DNA of 64,000 bases, taken from positions 288,001 through 352,000 of the forward strand of contig JAVJQW010000070.1 in assembly GCA_040218735.1 (NCBI GenBank), written 5' to 3'. The stretch comes from Deltaproteobacteria bacterium. Its GTDB lineage: Bacteria; Myxococcota; Kuafuiibacteriia; Kuafuiibacteriales; Kuafuiibacteriaceae. Both the position numbers and the translations under genes were made by a program. Under the pieces are notes generated by a model. The model worked only from the letters and a program-made list of their open reading frames with translations, did not search any database and had not been told where the DNA came from. Below are positions 1 through 9,558 of the stretch, in pieces (within the stretch, counting starts at the first letter, position 1; every line of letters begins with the position of its first letter).

Positions 1-1835
1 ACTCCGACCGGTCGATGCCGCTGTTCTACAAGGCGACGGCGTTCTGGGGCGGCCAGGACGGATCGCTGTTGTTCTGGGTCTGGGTGATGTCGATCTGGGG
101 GGCCATCGCGGTCTACCAGAACCGCGAGAAGCACAAGGACCTGATGCCGTACACGATCGTCACGCTGATGGCGGTCACCGTGTTCTTCGTCGCGCTGATG
201 ATCTTCGGCGACGCCAACCCCTTCGAGACGTACCTCGCCGGCGCACCGACCGACGGCCAGGGCCTCAACCCCCTCCTTCAGAACCCGTACATGGTGACGC
301 ACCCGCCGTCGCTGTACCTGGGCTACATCGGCTGGACGATCCCGTTCTGCTTCGCCATCGGCGCGCTCGCGCACGGCAAGCTCGACTACGGGTGGATCGG
401 CGCGATGCGCCGCTGGTGCCTCGTCGCTTGGGTGTTCCTCACCGTCGGCCTCACGCTCGGCGGTCTGTGGGCCTACGAGGAGCTCGGCTGGGGCGGCTAC
501 TGGGCGTGGGACCCGGTCGAGAACGCAGCGTTCATGCCGTGGCTCACCGGCACCGCGTTCATCCACAGCATCCAGGTCCAAGAGCGCCGCCAGATGTACA
601 AGCTCTGGAACATGGTGCTGATCATCCTGACGTTCCTGCTGACGTTGCTCGGCACCATGATGACCCGCTCCGGCGTCGTGCAGAGCGTCCACGCGTTCGC
701 GCAGTCGAACATCGGCGGCTGGTTCTTCGCGTTCATCATCCTGACGCTCGTGGTTTCGGTGGGGCTGCTGCTCTACCGCGCCAAGGAGCTCGCGCCCGAG
801 CACGGCCTGGAGTCGGTGCTGTCGCGTGAGTTTGCGTTCCTCATCAACAACTGGGTCCTCCTCGCCGCGGCGTTCTTCGTGACGTTCGCGACGCTCCTCC
901 CCTCCATCTGGAAGTTCTTCTTCGAGGAGGAGGTCAACGTCGGGCCCGCGTTCTTCAACAAGTGGATGATCCCGATCGGCCTCATCCTGCTGTTCCTCAC
1001 CGGCGTCGGTCCGCTGCTGTCGTGGCGCAAGTCCACGGTGTCGACCGTCCAGCAGCAGTTCCTGTGGCCGGCGGTGGTGTCGGCGCTCGCGGCGGTCGGC
1101 CTGTACTTCGGCTACGGGATGGAGAACTGGAAGCCGCTCGCGACGTTCGTGCTGTGCCTGTTCGTCCTCCTGACGATCGGCCAGGAGTTCTTCCGCGGGA
1201 CGCGGCACCGGATGCAGACGAGCAAGGAGAACCCGCTCGATGCGCTCGTCACGCTGATGACGCGCGCGAAGCGGCGCTACGGCGGCTACGTGGTGCACTT
1301 CGGCGTGCTGGTGATGTTCTTCGGGTTCGCGGGTGAGTCCTTCAAGATCGAGGAGGACGTCAACTTCACGCCCGGCAAGCAGGTGAAGATCGGCCCGTAC
1401 GAAGTGCGGTACGACGACCTGCGGTTCGAGGACGACGGCCAGAAGAACATGATCACCGCGCAGGTGACGGTGTTCGACGCCGGCAGCGGCAAGGAGATCT
1501 CGAAGCTCTATCCGGCGAAGTGGTTCTACCGGAAGCCGGAGGATCAGCCCTCCTCGGAGATCGCGAAGGAGATGAGCTTCCGGGACGACCTGTACGTGGT
1601 GCTCGGCGGCTACGACGTCGAGGGCAAGACGGCGGCGCTCCAGCTGAAGGTCAACCCGCTGGTCAACTTCGTGTGGCTGGGGTGTGCGTTCCTGATGCTC
1701 GGCTTCGGGATCGCGGTGTGGCCGGACAAGAAGAAGGCGACGCGCGCGGTGCGGGTGCGGCGGTTCGCGCCGGCGTTCGCGGGGACCGCATCCTTCCTGT
1801 TGGCCGTCCTCGCTGTCGTGCTCGCGTTCGTCTGA
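1..1835 (+). CDS. ccmF: Cytochrome c heme lyase subunit CcmF (5'-truncated by window edge)
   Basis: Motifs WGGQDGSLLFW, GLNPLLQNPYMVTHPP, WAYEELGWGGYWAWDPVENA, RSGVVQSVHAF. The frame is open to the window start (..SDRSMPLFYK), so ATG at 15 is internal. Confidence 0.95.
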   Translation, partial: SDRSMPLFYKATAFWGGQDGSLLFWVWVMSIWGAIAVYQNREKHKDLMPYTIVTLMAVTVFFVALMIFGDANPFETYLAGAPTDGQGLNPLLQNPYMVTHPPSLYLGYIGWTIPFCFAIGALAHGKLDYGWIGAMRRWCLVAWVFLTVGLTLGGLWAYEELGWGGYWAWDPVENAAFMPWLTGTAFIHSIQVQERRQMYKLWNMVLIILTFLLTLLGTMMTRSGVVQSVHAFAQSNIGGWFFAFIILTLVVSVGLLLYRAKELAPEHGLESVLSREFAFLINNWVLLAAAFFVTFATLLPSIWKFFFEEEVNVGPAFFNKWMIPIGLILLFLTGVGPLLSWRKSTVSTVQQQFLWPAVVSALAAVGLYFGYGMENWKPLATFVLCLFVLLTIGQEFFRGTRHRMQTSKENPLDALVTLMTRAKRRYGGYVVHFGVLVMFFGFAGESFKIEEDVNFTPGKQVKIGPYEVRYDDLRFEDDGQKNMITAQVTVFDAGSGKEISKLYPAKWFYRKPEDQPSSEIAKEMSFRDDLYVVLGGYDVEGKTAALQLKVNPLVNFVWLGCAFLMLGFGIAVWPDKKKATRAVRVRRFAPAFAGTASFLLAVLAVVLAFV

Positions 1836-1842
1836 ACGTGGT

Positions 1843-2409
1843 ATGAGGCTGGCCGTGCGGACCTTCTTCGCGATCGTCGCGATGCTCCTGGTGTCGAGCA
1901 GCGCCTTCGCTGCCGCCGATGGGGATCCGTCCGATCTCGCGCGCCGCGAGCTCGGCGTGTCGATCGACAACCTCCCGAACCTCAGCCCCGAACAGGACGA
2001 CTACGCCAAGGCGATCGGCCAGGACGTCGTCTGCCTTTGCGGGACGTGCCCGCGCCACACGATCACCAACTGCCAGTGCGGGTGGGCGCACGAGAACAAG
2101 AAGGTCATCCGCGCTGCGCTGGTCGCGGGGAAGACGAAGGAGCAGATCATCGCCGCGTACGAGAAGGCGTACGGGCTGAAGGTCCGCCCCACCCCGCCGG
2201 ACGAAGGTTTCGGCAAGCTCTCCTACATGCTGCCGTACGCGGCGATCGTCTTCGGGCTCGGGCTGGTGCTCGTGCTCGGTCTGAAGATGCGCAAGCGCGG
2301 CGCCTCGTCGGAGGCCGTCGCGACGGCCGCGGTGAACGCGCCGACGGAAGAAGTCGACGACGAAGCCCGCTCGATCCTCGAGCAGGAGCTGGACGACCTG
2401 GATCGCTGA
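1843..2409 (+). CDS. ccmH: Cytochrome c biogenesis protein CcmH
   Basis: Signal peptide, VCLCGTC...NCQC cysteine motif, GKTKEQIIAAYEKAYG..V...P motif and a C-terminal TM helix; directly follows ccmF. Confidence 0.85.
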   Translation: MRLAVRTFFAIVAMLLVSSSAFAAADGDPSDLARRELGVSIDNLPNLSPEQDDYAKAIGQDVVCLCGTCPRHTITNCQCGWAHENKKVIRAALVAGKTKEQIIAAYEKAYGLKVRPTPPDEGFGKLSYMLPYAAIVFGLGLVLVLGLKMRKRGASSEAVATAAVNAPTEEVDDEARSILEQELDDLDR

Positions 2410-2410
2410 C

Positions 2411-3085
2411 GTGACGACGACGACCAAACCGAGCCGAATCGCCGACCGTGCGTTGATCGCGGTGGAGGCGTTGGTAGGGATCGCGGTGGTGGCCGCGATC
2501 GTCGGCAAGAGCTACGGCGCAGCGCCCACGGTGGTGTTCGTGATCTGCGGCGGCGCGGCGGCGTTCACGGCGTACTCCGTGATTCGGATGCTCGGCTCGC
2601 TGTCGGACCGCACGTTGGACGTGTCGGGTCGCGTGGAAGACGAGCGGCGCGCGGCGCTCGAGCACGAGAAGCTCTTGCTGTTGCAGGGCATCAAGGAGCT
2701 GGAGGCGGACTACGCGATCGGCAAGGTCGCGCCGGAGGACTACCAGCACCTTCGGTCGTCGGCGGAGAAGCGCGCGCTGGCGATCATCGATCAGCTCCGC
2801 GACGAGGACGCCGTGTGGCACGAGCAGGCGCAGCGGCTCGTCGAGAAGCGGGTCGGCAAGGTGCGGGCGGTGGTCCCGGAGGGGGCGGCGGCGCCGGAGG
2901 CTTCGACCGAGGCGTGGCTCCTCGAGGACCGCGCGACGCGCGACGCGCGCGAGGCGTTGCGGGCGCTCTTCGACGACACTCCCAGCGCGTTCGCAAACGA
3001 CGTGTGCGGCGCGTGTGAAACCGAGAACGACGCGGACGCGAAGTTCTGCGTGGGCTGTGGGCGCCCGAAGCAGGAGGCAGCGTGA
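2411..3085 (+). CDS. Membrane protein with CcmI-like helical motif and C-terminal zinc ribbon
   Basis: Two N-terminal TM helices, IKELEADYAIGKVAPEDYQHLR motif, terminal CGAC...FCVGCG; lies within the ccm operon. Confidence 0.75.
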   Translation: MTTTTKPSRIADRALIAVEALVGIAVVAAIVGKSYGAAPTVVFVICGGAAAFTAYSVIRMLGSLSDRTLDVSGRVEDERRAALEHEKLLLLQGIKELEADYAIGKVAPEDYQHLRSSAEKRALAIIDQLRDEDAVWHEQAQRLVEKRVGKVRAVVPEGAAAPEASTEAWLLEDRATRDAREALRALFDDTPSAFANDVCGACETENDADAKFCVGCGRPKQEAA

Positions 3086-3954
3086 GTCTCTCCCTCGTCT
3101 TGCTCGCGGTGATGGCGCAGCCGGCTTCGCAACCTGCGGCGCCGTCCTCGCAGCCGGCACGTAAAGCGTTGAAGACCGGCGGCACCGGTGCGGACGTCAA
3201 AGCCGACGCGATCATCATGGTCGACGTCGAGGAGTCCTCGCTCAACTGGCAGGAGAGCTGGACGCTGACGAACGAGAGCGGCAAGGCGATCGGCGCGAAC
3301 CACCTGCGCATCCCGGTGGGGGTGGCGCGGTTGCTGCGCGTCGACGAGGACGTGCCGGGCTTCGCGGCGGAGGCGGACTCGTCGGCGGTGTACGCGACGA
3401 GCGGCATGGGTGAAGGCGCGAAGTCGGTCGCGTTTGCGTACCTGACGGACACGTCGGGGACGGGCCTCACGGTGCGGCGGCGCATCCCGGTGAACGTCAC
3501 GAAGGGGACGCTGATCTTCCCGCTGATCGACGGGCTGTCGGTCGCGTCGAACCACCCGCTCAACGAGCGCACGGCGGACATGAACGGCCGGCGCTTCTTG
3601 ATCTACGACATCGCGAACATCCCGGCGGGGCTGGACCTGGAGCTGACGGTCAGCGGCCTGCCCTCGCACTCGCGGAACCCCCGCCTGATCGCGGGTGCGC
3701 TCGCGATCTTCGTGTTGGTGTGGATGGCGTGGGCGTTGGTCGAGGGGAAGAAGAAACGTGGCGAGGTGGTCCTCGGCGCGTTGTCCCCGGTGGCGCGGCG
3801 CGATCGGATCGTGAAGGCGATCGAGCTGCTCGAGCGCGACTTCGACAACGACGTCATCAAGGAGAAGCGCTACCGGCGGCGCCACGAGGAGCTGATGGCA
3901 GAGCTGGCGGCGGTGCTCCGGGAGATCGACCTGGCCGGCGCGGAAGCGCGATGA
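3082..3954 (+). CDS. Exported/membrane hypothetical protein of the ccm operon
   Basis: GTGA overlap with the previous gene, N-terminal hydrophobic signal, beta-rich middle, one TM helix, C-terminal IELLERDFDNDVIKEKRYRRRHEEL helical motif. Confidence 0.7.
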   Translation: MSLSLVLLAVMAQPASQPAAPSSQPARKALKTGGTGADVKADAIIMVDVEESSLNWQESWTLTNESGKAIGANHLRIPVGVARLLRVDEDVPGFAAEADSSAVYATSGMGEGAKSVAFAYLTDTSGTGLTVRRRIPVNVTKGTLIFPLIDGLSVASNHPLNERTADMNGRRFLIYDIANIPAGLDLELTVSGLPSHSRNPRLIAGALAIFVLVWMAWALVEGKKKRGEVVLGALSPVARRDRIVKAIELLERDFDNDVIKEKRYRRRHEELMAELAAVLREIDLAGAEAR

Positions 3955-4655
3955 ACCGCGCCGAGGCTCGGAACGTCACGAAGGTCTACGGAGCGCACCG
4001 GGCGCTCCACAAGGTGTCGCTGTCGCTGACGCCGGGGTGTGTCACGGCGCTGATGGGCCCGAACGGCGCGGGCAAGACCACCCTCCTCTGGCTGTTCTCG
4101 ACGCTGTCGCGACCGACGTCCGGGACGATGCACTTCGGGGCGCTCCCGCCGGAGCGCGCGAAGGAAGCGCGTGGTTGGATCGGCCTGCTGTCGCACGCGT
4201 CGCTCACGTACGGAGACCTGTCGGGGCTCGAGAACGTGGTGTTCTTCGGGAAGCTCTACGGCGCGGAGGCGCCGGAGCGCGAGGCGCGCGCGTTGCTCAC
4301 GGAGTTCGGCCTCGAGGACGCGATGCACCGGCCCGCGAAGACGTACTCGCGCGGCATGACGCAGCGGTTGGGGTTGGCGCGTGCGCTGATCGGGCGGCCG
4401 AAGCTGGTGCTGCTCGACGAGCCGTTCACGGGGTTGGACCGCGCGTCGACGCGGACGGTGATCGAGCGGATCGGTCTGCTGCGGGATCAGGGCGCAATGG
4501 TGTTGATGATCTCGCACGACGTCGAGACGACGGCGGAGCTCGCGGACGAGTTCGCGATCCTGGTGCGCGGGAAGCTGAAACACACGCACGAGGGCCGCCT
4601 CGACGCGGCGGCGCTGCGCGACGAGTACGCGCGGGTCGCGGAGGGGGCGGCGTGA
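3951..4655 (+). CDS. ccmA: Heme exporter ATP-binding protein CcmA
   Basis: Walker A GPNGAGKTT, signature YSRGMTQR, Walker B LLDEPFTGLD. True start is ATG 3951 (ATGA overlap), not 3720. Confidence 0.9.
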   Translation: MNRAEARNVTKVYGAHRALHKVSLSLTPGCVTALMGPNGAGKTTLLWLFSTLSRPTSGTMHFGALPPERAKEARGWIGLLSHASLTYGDLSGLENVVFFGKLYGAEAPEREARALLTEFGLEDAMHRPAKTYSRGMTQRLGLARALIGRPKLVLLDEPFTGLDRASTRTVIERIGLLRDQGAMVLMISHDVETTAELADEFAILVRGKLKHTHEGRLDAAALRDEYARVAEGAA

Positions 4656-5383
4656 CGGAGGACGCGGCGGTGGCGGTGCCCGAGAAGCAGGAGCCGGGGA
4701 TCTTCGCCGTGCTCCGGGGTGCGCTGTTCGTCGCGAAGAAGGACCTCCGCGTGGAGTGGCGCAGCAAGGAGATCCTGCTGACGACGGGGTACTTCGGGCT
4801 GTTCGTGGTGCTGGTCTTCTCGTTCTCGTTCGTGGCGGGCGCAGAGAAGGAGAGCGTGGTCCCCGGGATCTTGTGGGTGGCGATCGCGTTCTCGGGGGCG
4901 TTGGGGCTCGGGCGGGTGTTCGAGCGCGAGCGCGAGGGGGACTGCATCCGGGCGCTGTTGTTGTCCCCGATCGCCCGGACGTCGATCTACCTGGGCAAGG
5001 TGCTCGGGGTGTTGGTGTTCATGGTCGGCGTGCAGGCGGTGGTGCTGCCGGCGGTGTGGTTCTTCTTCAACCTGCGCCTGTCGATGACGAACGTCGCCTA
5101 CTTGTTGGGGATCGTCACGCTGGGGACACTCGGCTACGCGATCGTGGGGACGCTGCTGGCGTCGATGTTGATCCGCGCGCGCAGCAAGGACGTGCTGCTC
5201 GCGATCGTGCTCTACCCGCTGATCCTGCCGATGTTGATCATCGGCGTGCAGGCGACCGGGCTGTTGTTCGCGCCGGAGCTGAACCTGACGGAGCTGAAGG
5301 TGTACCTTCGTGTGCTGGGGCTGTACGACGCAGTGTTCCTGGTCGCGAACCTGTGGATCTTCGAGCCGCTGCTGATGGACTGA
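4652..5383 (+). CDS. ccmB: Heme exporter permease CcmB
   Basis: KKDLRVEWRSKE, PGILWVAIAFSGALGLGRVFERERE and LLAIVLYPLILP motifs; GTG start overlapping the ccmA stop. Confidence 0.9.
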   Translation: MTEDAAVAVPEKQEPGIFAVLRGALFVAKKDLRVEWRSKEILLTTGYFGLFVVLVFSFSFVAGAEKESVVPGILWVAIAFSGALGLGRVFEREREGDCIRALLLSPIARTSIYLGKVLGVLVFMVGVQAVVLPAVWFFFNLRLSMTNVAYLLGIVTLGTLGYAIVGTLLASMLIRARSKDVLLAIVLYPLILPMLIIGVQATGLLFAPELNLTELKVYLRVLGLYDAVFLVANLWIFEPLLMD

Positions 5384-5397
5384 AAGGAATATACTCG

Positions 5398-6120
5398 ATG
5401 GAACAAGCGATTCGCGCCGAGCTATTCGATTCGAAGAAGGGTCTCCCGACACCCCCGGTGTTGGTGTTGCTGTCACTCGCGGCCGCGGGGGTGATCGCCG
5501 CGGCGGCGTGGATGGTGTTCTTCTACGCGCCCATCGAGAAGGAGATGGGCTTCGTGCAGAAGATCTTCTACTTCCACGTACCGTCGGCGTGGCTGATGTT
5601 GTGGTCGGCGCCGCTGATGGCGGTGGGGTCGATCGGGTACCTCGTCACGAAGAAGGACAAGTGGGACCGCCTCTCGGACGCGGGGGTGGAGCTCGCGATC
5701 GTCTTCGGTGCGCTGGTGATGATCACCGGCCCGCTGTGGGGCCGAAAGGCGTGGGGCGCGTACTGGGTCTGGGACGTGCGCCTCACGTCGACGCTCGTGT
5801 TGGTGCTGACGTTGGTGGCCTGCAAGATCGTCCGCGGCTACGCGGGCTCTTCGGCGAAGCAGATCGCGGCGGGGCTCTCGATCCTCGCGGTGCTGAACGC
5901 GATCTTCGTCTGGGTCTCGGTGGACCTGTGGCAGGGCTCGCACCCGCCCAAGCTGGTGCAGACGTTGTCGGCGGAGATGAAGTCGACGTTCTGGCTCTCG
6001 GTGCTCGGCTTCCACCTCGCCTACGGCGCGCTGTTGTGGTCGCGCTTGAGGATGGGCAAGCTCCGGACCGCGCTCGACCGGCTGCAGATGAAGGCCGTCG
6101 AAGCGGGTTACGACGATTGA
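5398..6120 (+). CDS. ccmC: Heme chaperone/exporter CcmC
   Basis: FYFHVPSAW, WWD domain GPLWGRKAWGAYWVWDVRLTS and a second His (GSHP); AAGGA Shine-Dalgarno before ATG 5398. Confidence 0.9.
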   Translation: MEQAIRAELFDSKKGLPTPPVLVLLSLAAAGVIAAAAWMVFFYAPIEKEMGFVQKIFYFHVPSAWLMLWSAPLMAVGSIGYLVTKKDKWDRLSDAGVELAIVFGALVMITGPLWGRKAWGAYWVWDVRLTSTLVLVLTLVACKIVRGYAGSSAKQIAAGLSILAVLNAIFVWVSVDLWQGSHPPKLVQTLSAEMKSTFWLSVLGFHLAYGALLWSRLRMGKLRTALDRLQMKAVEAGYDD

Positions 6121-6142
6121 GGCTTTGGGAAGGGGATCGGTG

Positions 6143-6463
6143 ATGCGGAGGATCGGGAAGAAGACCGTACTGGCGGCGCTGGCGATGTTCGGCGTGCTCA
6201 CGTTCGCGCCACTCGGGGTCGCGCTCGCGCAGACGTCCACGACGGGCGCCGTGGCCCCGGCCAAGAGCCCCCCGCCCGGCTTCGAGAAGGTCGCAGGCGC
6301 CCCGGACACCGAGAAGATCGACGCGAGCCGCCTGGTGGTCGCCGCGTACATCGCGATCTTCGTGGGCGTGTTCGGGTACGTGGTCTACGTCGCAAGGAGC
6401 CAGGCCGCGATGGCGAAGGAGATGGAGTCGCTCGCGAGCCGCATCGACAAGGGCGCGTCATGA
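6143..6463 (+). CDS. ccmD: CcmD-like small membrane protein with N-terminal extension
   Basis: Follows ccmC; C-terminal AAYIAIFVGVFGYVVYV TM plus a charged helix, typical of CcmD; extra signal-peptide-like N-terminus. Confidence 0.6.
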   Translation: MRRIGKKTVLAALAMFGVLTFAPLGVALAQTSTTGAVAPAKSPPPGFEKVAGAPDTEKIDASRLVVAAYIAIFVGVFGYVVYVARSQAAMAKEMESLASRIDKGAS

Positions 6464-6609
6464 ACCTCATCCCGCCGATCAACCACGTGATCTTCATCCC
6501 GCTCGTCATCGCGATCGGGTTCTTCATGGGGTGGCGGCTGGGCACGAGCAACGTGCAGAACGCGTGGGATCGCGCGGAGGCGAAGCGGCGGGAGGAGGAG
6601 GAGGGGTGA
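6460..6609 (+). CDS. 49-aa single-TM protein (absent from ORF track)
   Basis: ATGA overlap with the previous stop; MNLIPPINHVIFIPLVIAIGFFMGWRLGTSNVQNAWDRAEAKRREEEEG; G/C-ending codons like the rest of the operon. Confidence 0.7.
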   Translation: MNLIPPINHVIFIPLVIAIGFFMGWRLGTSNVQNAWDRAEAKRREEEEG

Positions 6610-6660
6610 CGCCTCAGAGCCGCCCCCCGACCAGGTAGGCGAGCGACACCGCGTACGGCA

Positions 6661-7284
6661 TCAGGTCGTCGACGCAGCGTCCAGGAACCCCCGCGCGATC
6701 CGACGAATCTTGTGCTGCCAGTTGTAGACGACCTGCACGTTGACCCCCAGGAGCCGCGCAACCTCCGGCGGCGTGCGGCCGTCGGTGAATGCATGTCGGA
6801 ACACGAGTTGGCCGCGGGCGGGGAGCTGCTCGTCGAGGTGGGCCCCGAGTCGCGCGACGAGATCCTGCGTCACGATGCCCTCCTCCGGAGACGAAGCACC
6901 CGCCACGACATCGTCCAGCGCCTCGGGTTCGACCGGACGAAGGTGACCGCCTCGCTTCATCGACATCGCGCGGGCACGCAGTCGGTTGAACTCGCTCTCC
7001 GCCAGCATCCCCGCGAACCCTTCGAGGGTCGCACCGCGCGCGGGATCCCATGCGCGGAGCTTCTTTCCGTCGTCCGCGCTCAAAGCGATCCAAGCGTCAT
7101 TGAGAAGGTCGGCCGCGGTTCGTCCCGCGAACCCATCGGGATGGCGCTTGAAGGCACGACGCGCGCGCGCACGGAGGGTCGGAATCAGGCGACGGACGAG
7201 CGCCTCCGCGGCGTCCTCCTGCCCGGCGAGCGCACGCCGCACCAGCAGGGTGTCGGCGTGGACGACTTCGGCCTCCTTCGTCAC
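6661..7284 (-). CDS. ECF-type RNA polymerase sigma-70 factor
   Basis: Region 2 (DTLLVRRALAGQEDAAEALVRR...DLLNDAWIAL) and region 4 HTH (LPARGQLVF...TPPEVARLLGVNVQVVYNWQHKIRR). GTG start at 7284 overlaps the S8 gene stop. Confidence 0.88.
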   Translation of the reverse strand: MTKEAEVVHADTLLVRRALAGQEDAAEALVRRLIPTLRARARRAFKRHPDGFAGRTAADLLNDAWIALSADDGKKLRAWDPARGATLEGFAGMLAESEFNRLRARAMSMKRGGHLRPVEPEALDDVVAGASSPEEGIVTQDLVARLGAHLDEQLPARGQLVFRHAFTDGRTPPEVARLLGVNVQVVYNWQHKIRRIARGFLDAASTT

Positions 7285-9554
7285 TGCAGGTCGATGACCG
7301 AGAAGTCCGTCACCGTCGTCGCCCCGGGCTCCGTGACGTTCACGACCAGACCGAGCGAGACCTTTCGGGGGTCCGAGAAGTCGACGGAGGCGTTGTCGAG
7401 CGGAACCTTGATGTCGAGGTGGTTGCCGAGCACCCAGTCGTCGACGTGCGGATCGTCCGGGAGCGGGATGAACTCCGTCATCGATTGAACCGGCGAAGTG
7501 TTCGTGGGGCCCTTCACGACGAGGTACGGGTTCTCGATGACCGCGTTCGGCTCTCCGTCCGAGGTGAGCTCCAGCATCAACACGAGCGTCTTCGATCCCG
7601 ACATCACCGCGGGACAGTCGGGACAGATCGGCCCCGTCGGCTGCGGTCCGTTGGAGCCGACATTCCGCCGCTCGGCGAGCGCCTCGTACGGGCACACGCC
7701 GCCGCAAGACGTCGCGGACGACCACGTCGCGGTGGCGACCGGCGAAGCGCACACGCTGCGTTGAGCCAGGTACGTCGTCGACCACGCGACCGGGCCGACC
7801 GGCGTAGCGGGCGCTGCGGTCAAGCCACACGCGGCCACGGCGGATGCACACGTCGCCAGCGTGCTCGGCGGAATTGGCTCCCGGCCGACGACGCTCATCG
7901 CGCACTGGATCAACGTCGGGCATGCGGCGAGCGCATGCCCGAGCCGGTCGATCGCCAAGACTCGGACATCGACGCCGTTCTGCGTCGTCCGCCCGAGCGG
8001 CCGCCCCGTGAGGTACAAGAGCCGCGCGATCGACTGGCGATCGAGGGCGTCTCTTCCCGCGGCGAGCTGCGCAGCCTGAACCCGCGCCGCAGCGCCGGCG
8101 ACCAGTGCGGAGCTGACGGAGCTCCCGGTGAACGCACGCGGGAGGCTTTCCAAGTGGCTCGACGTCGGCCCCTGGCCGCACACCGGGTGTACCGGCATCG
8201 CGCCCGCCGCGGCGTGCGAGGCGTACACGTGCTGTCCGGGCGCGACCAACGGCGTCTCGGCGTCGGGGATCTGCATCCCCGTCGGCCGGAGTCGATCGTC
8301 CACGGCGCCCACCGCGAGCACGAGGTTCGCGGTGCTCGGATCACCGCCGCGACACGAAGGCGCTCGGCTCCATTCCCCGGGGTAGAACAGCTCGGGGCCG
8401 GCCGGCGTCGCCTCGCACTCGAGGTCGTGCACGGTTGGGTCCAGCGTGATCGGGAAGGTCTCGGGCGGGGGCGCGAGCGGACGATTTCCGGACGCCGCGC
8501 TGACGAACGTCCGACGGTGCCCGTCGCGATCCATGCGCGCCGCGACGTCGAGGACGTACCGCACCACTTCGCCCGCAGCGTTCTCGTGGCTCGAACACGC
8601 CGTCCCTTCGATCGCCGCCGGACGCCCGAGCTCCGGCGGAAAGCCGAGGCTCAAGTTGAGCACGATCGGTCGAGCGGGGTTGCCGGCGCTCGCTCCGAGG
8701 AGCGCGTCGTCGATCGACACGCCGATCTGCGCCATCGTACCGGTCCCGTCCGGACCGAGCGCTCGATAGTCGACGACGCTCATCGCTCCGCCCGTCTGCT
8801 TTGCGAAGATGGCCATCGCCGTGCCGTGCACGTGGTACGTGCTCGAGGTGTGCTGCGACGTCGCAGCGACGACGCCGATACTCGACGCGACCGACGGGAT
8901 GACCCCCGCATCGATCAACCCCAGATCCACGAACGACTCACCGCCTGGCGGAAGCTCCGTCGTCGCGCCCTCCATACCGAGCTGACTCAGGTGCCACGTG
9001 AGCATCTCGGAGGTGGGGACGGCCTGAGCGCTGGAGACCGACGCATCACACTCACGGCCGACATAGATCTCGCTCGACGCGAGCGCGCTGTAGTCGCCGA
9101 ACGTCGTTCGGAGCGTATGAACCGCTTCACACTGGTACTGCGGACGCACCGACCGGACGACATCGTCGGACACAAAACGAACACGAAGGAATCGTAGGTG
9201 GCCGTCGGCGCGCGACGGCGGCCAAGACCGCTGCGGGAGCACGGACTGCACGTCCACCGTGACCGCGTTCGCCAAACACGCGCGGTCCCAACGCTCACAG
9301 AACCAGCGGTTGTCGGTGCTCGCGATCGTCTGCTCGAGCGCGGCGACGACCGTCGGAACGAACGTCAGGTCCGGCCACACGGCGACCTGCTGCAGGGGCA
9401 CGTCGACGAAGAAAGCATCCGCGCGACACGGACGAGCAACGACGACTTCCCCTTCTCTCACGTTCGACACCCGAGAGGTCTCCTCGGACTCCCCCGCCAG
9501 GCATCCGCTACTCAGTAGAATCAGGCACCATGTCGCCTGCGTTCGCTCGTTCAT
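7281..9554 (-). CDS. S8 subtilisin-family serine protease, probable Cys-rich lipoprotein
   Basis: Triad motifs LGLIDAGV (D), HVHGTAMA (H), FTGSSVSSALVAGAAA (S); also LNLSLG, oxyanion AASGN, AVGAVDD and LVAPG; lipobox-like LLSSGC. Confidence 0.85.
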   Translation of the reverse strand: MNERTQATWCLILLSSGCLAGESEETSRVSNVREGEVVVARPCRADAFFVDVPLQQVAVWPDLTFVPTVVAALEQTIASTDNRWFCERWDRACLANAVTVDVQSVLPQRSWPPSRADGHLRFLRVRFVSDDVVRSVRPQYQCEAVHTLRTTFGDYSALASSEIYVGRECDASVSSAQAVPTSEMLTWHLSQLGMEGATTELPPGGESFVDLGLIDAGVIPSVASSIGVVAATSQHTSSTYHVHGTAMAIFAKQTGGAMSVVDYRALGPDGTGTMAQIGVSIDDALLGASAGNPARPIVLNLSLGFPPELGRPAAIEGTACSSHENAAGEVVRYVLDVAARMDRDGHRRTFVSAASGNRPLAPPPETFPITLDPTVHDLECEATPAGPELFYPGEWSRAPSCRGGDPSTANLVLAVGAVDDRLRPTGMQIPDAETPLVAPGQHVYASHAAAGAMPVHPVCGQGPTSSHLESLPRAFTGSSVSSALVAGAAARVQAAQLAAGRDALDRQSIARLLYLTGRPLGRTTQNGVDVRVLAIDRLGHALAACPTLIQCAMSVVGREPIPPSTLATCASAVAACGLTAAPATPVGPVAWSTTYLAQRSVCASPVATATWSSATSCGGVCPYEALAERRNVGSNGPQPTGPICPDCPAVMSGSKTLVLMLELTSDGEPNAVIENPYLVVKGPTNTSPVQSMTEFIPLPDDPHVDDWVLGNHLDIKVPLDNASVDFSDPRKVSLGLVVNVTEPGATTVTDFSVIDLQ

Positions 9555-9558
9555 GTCT

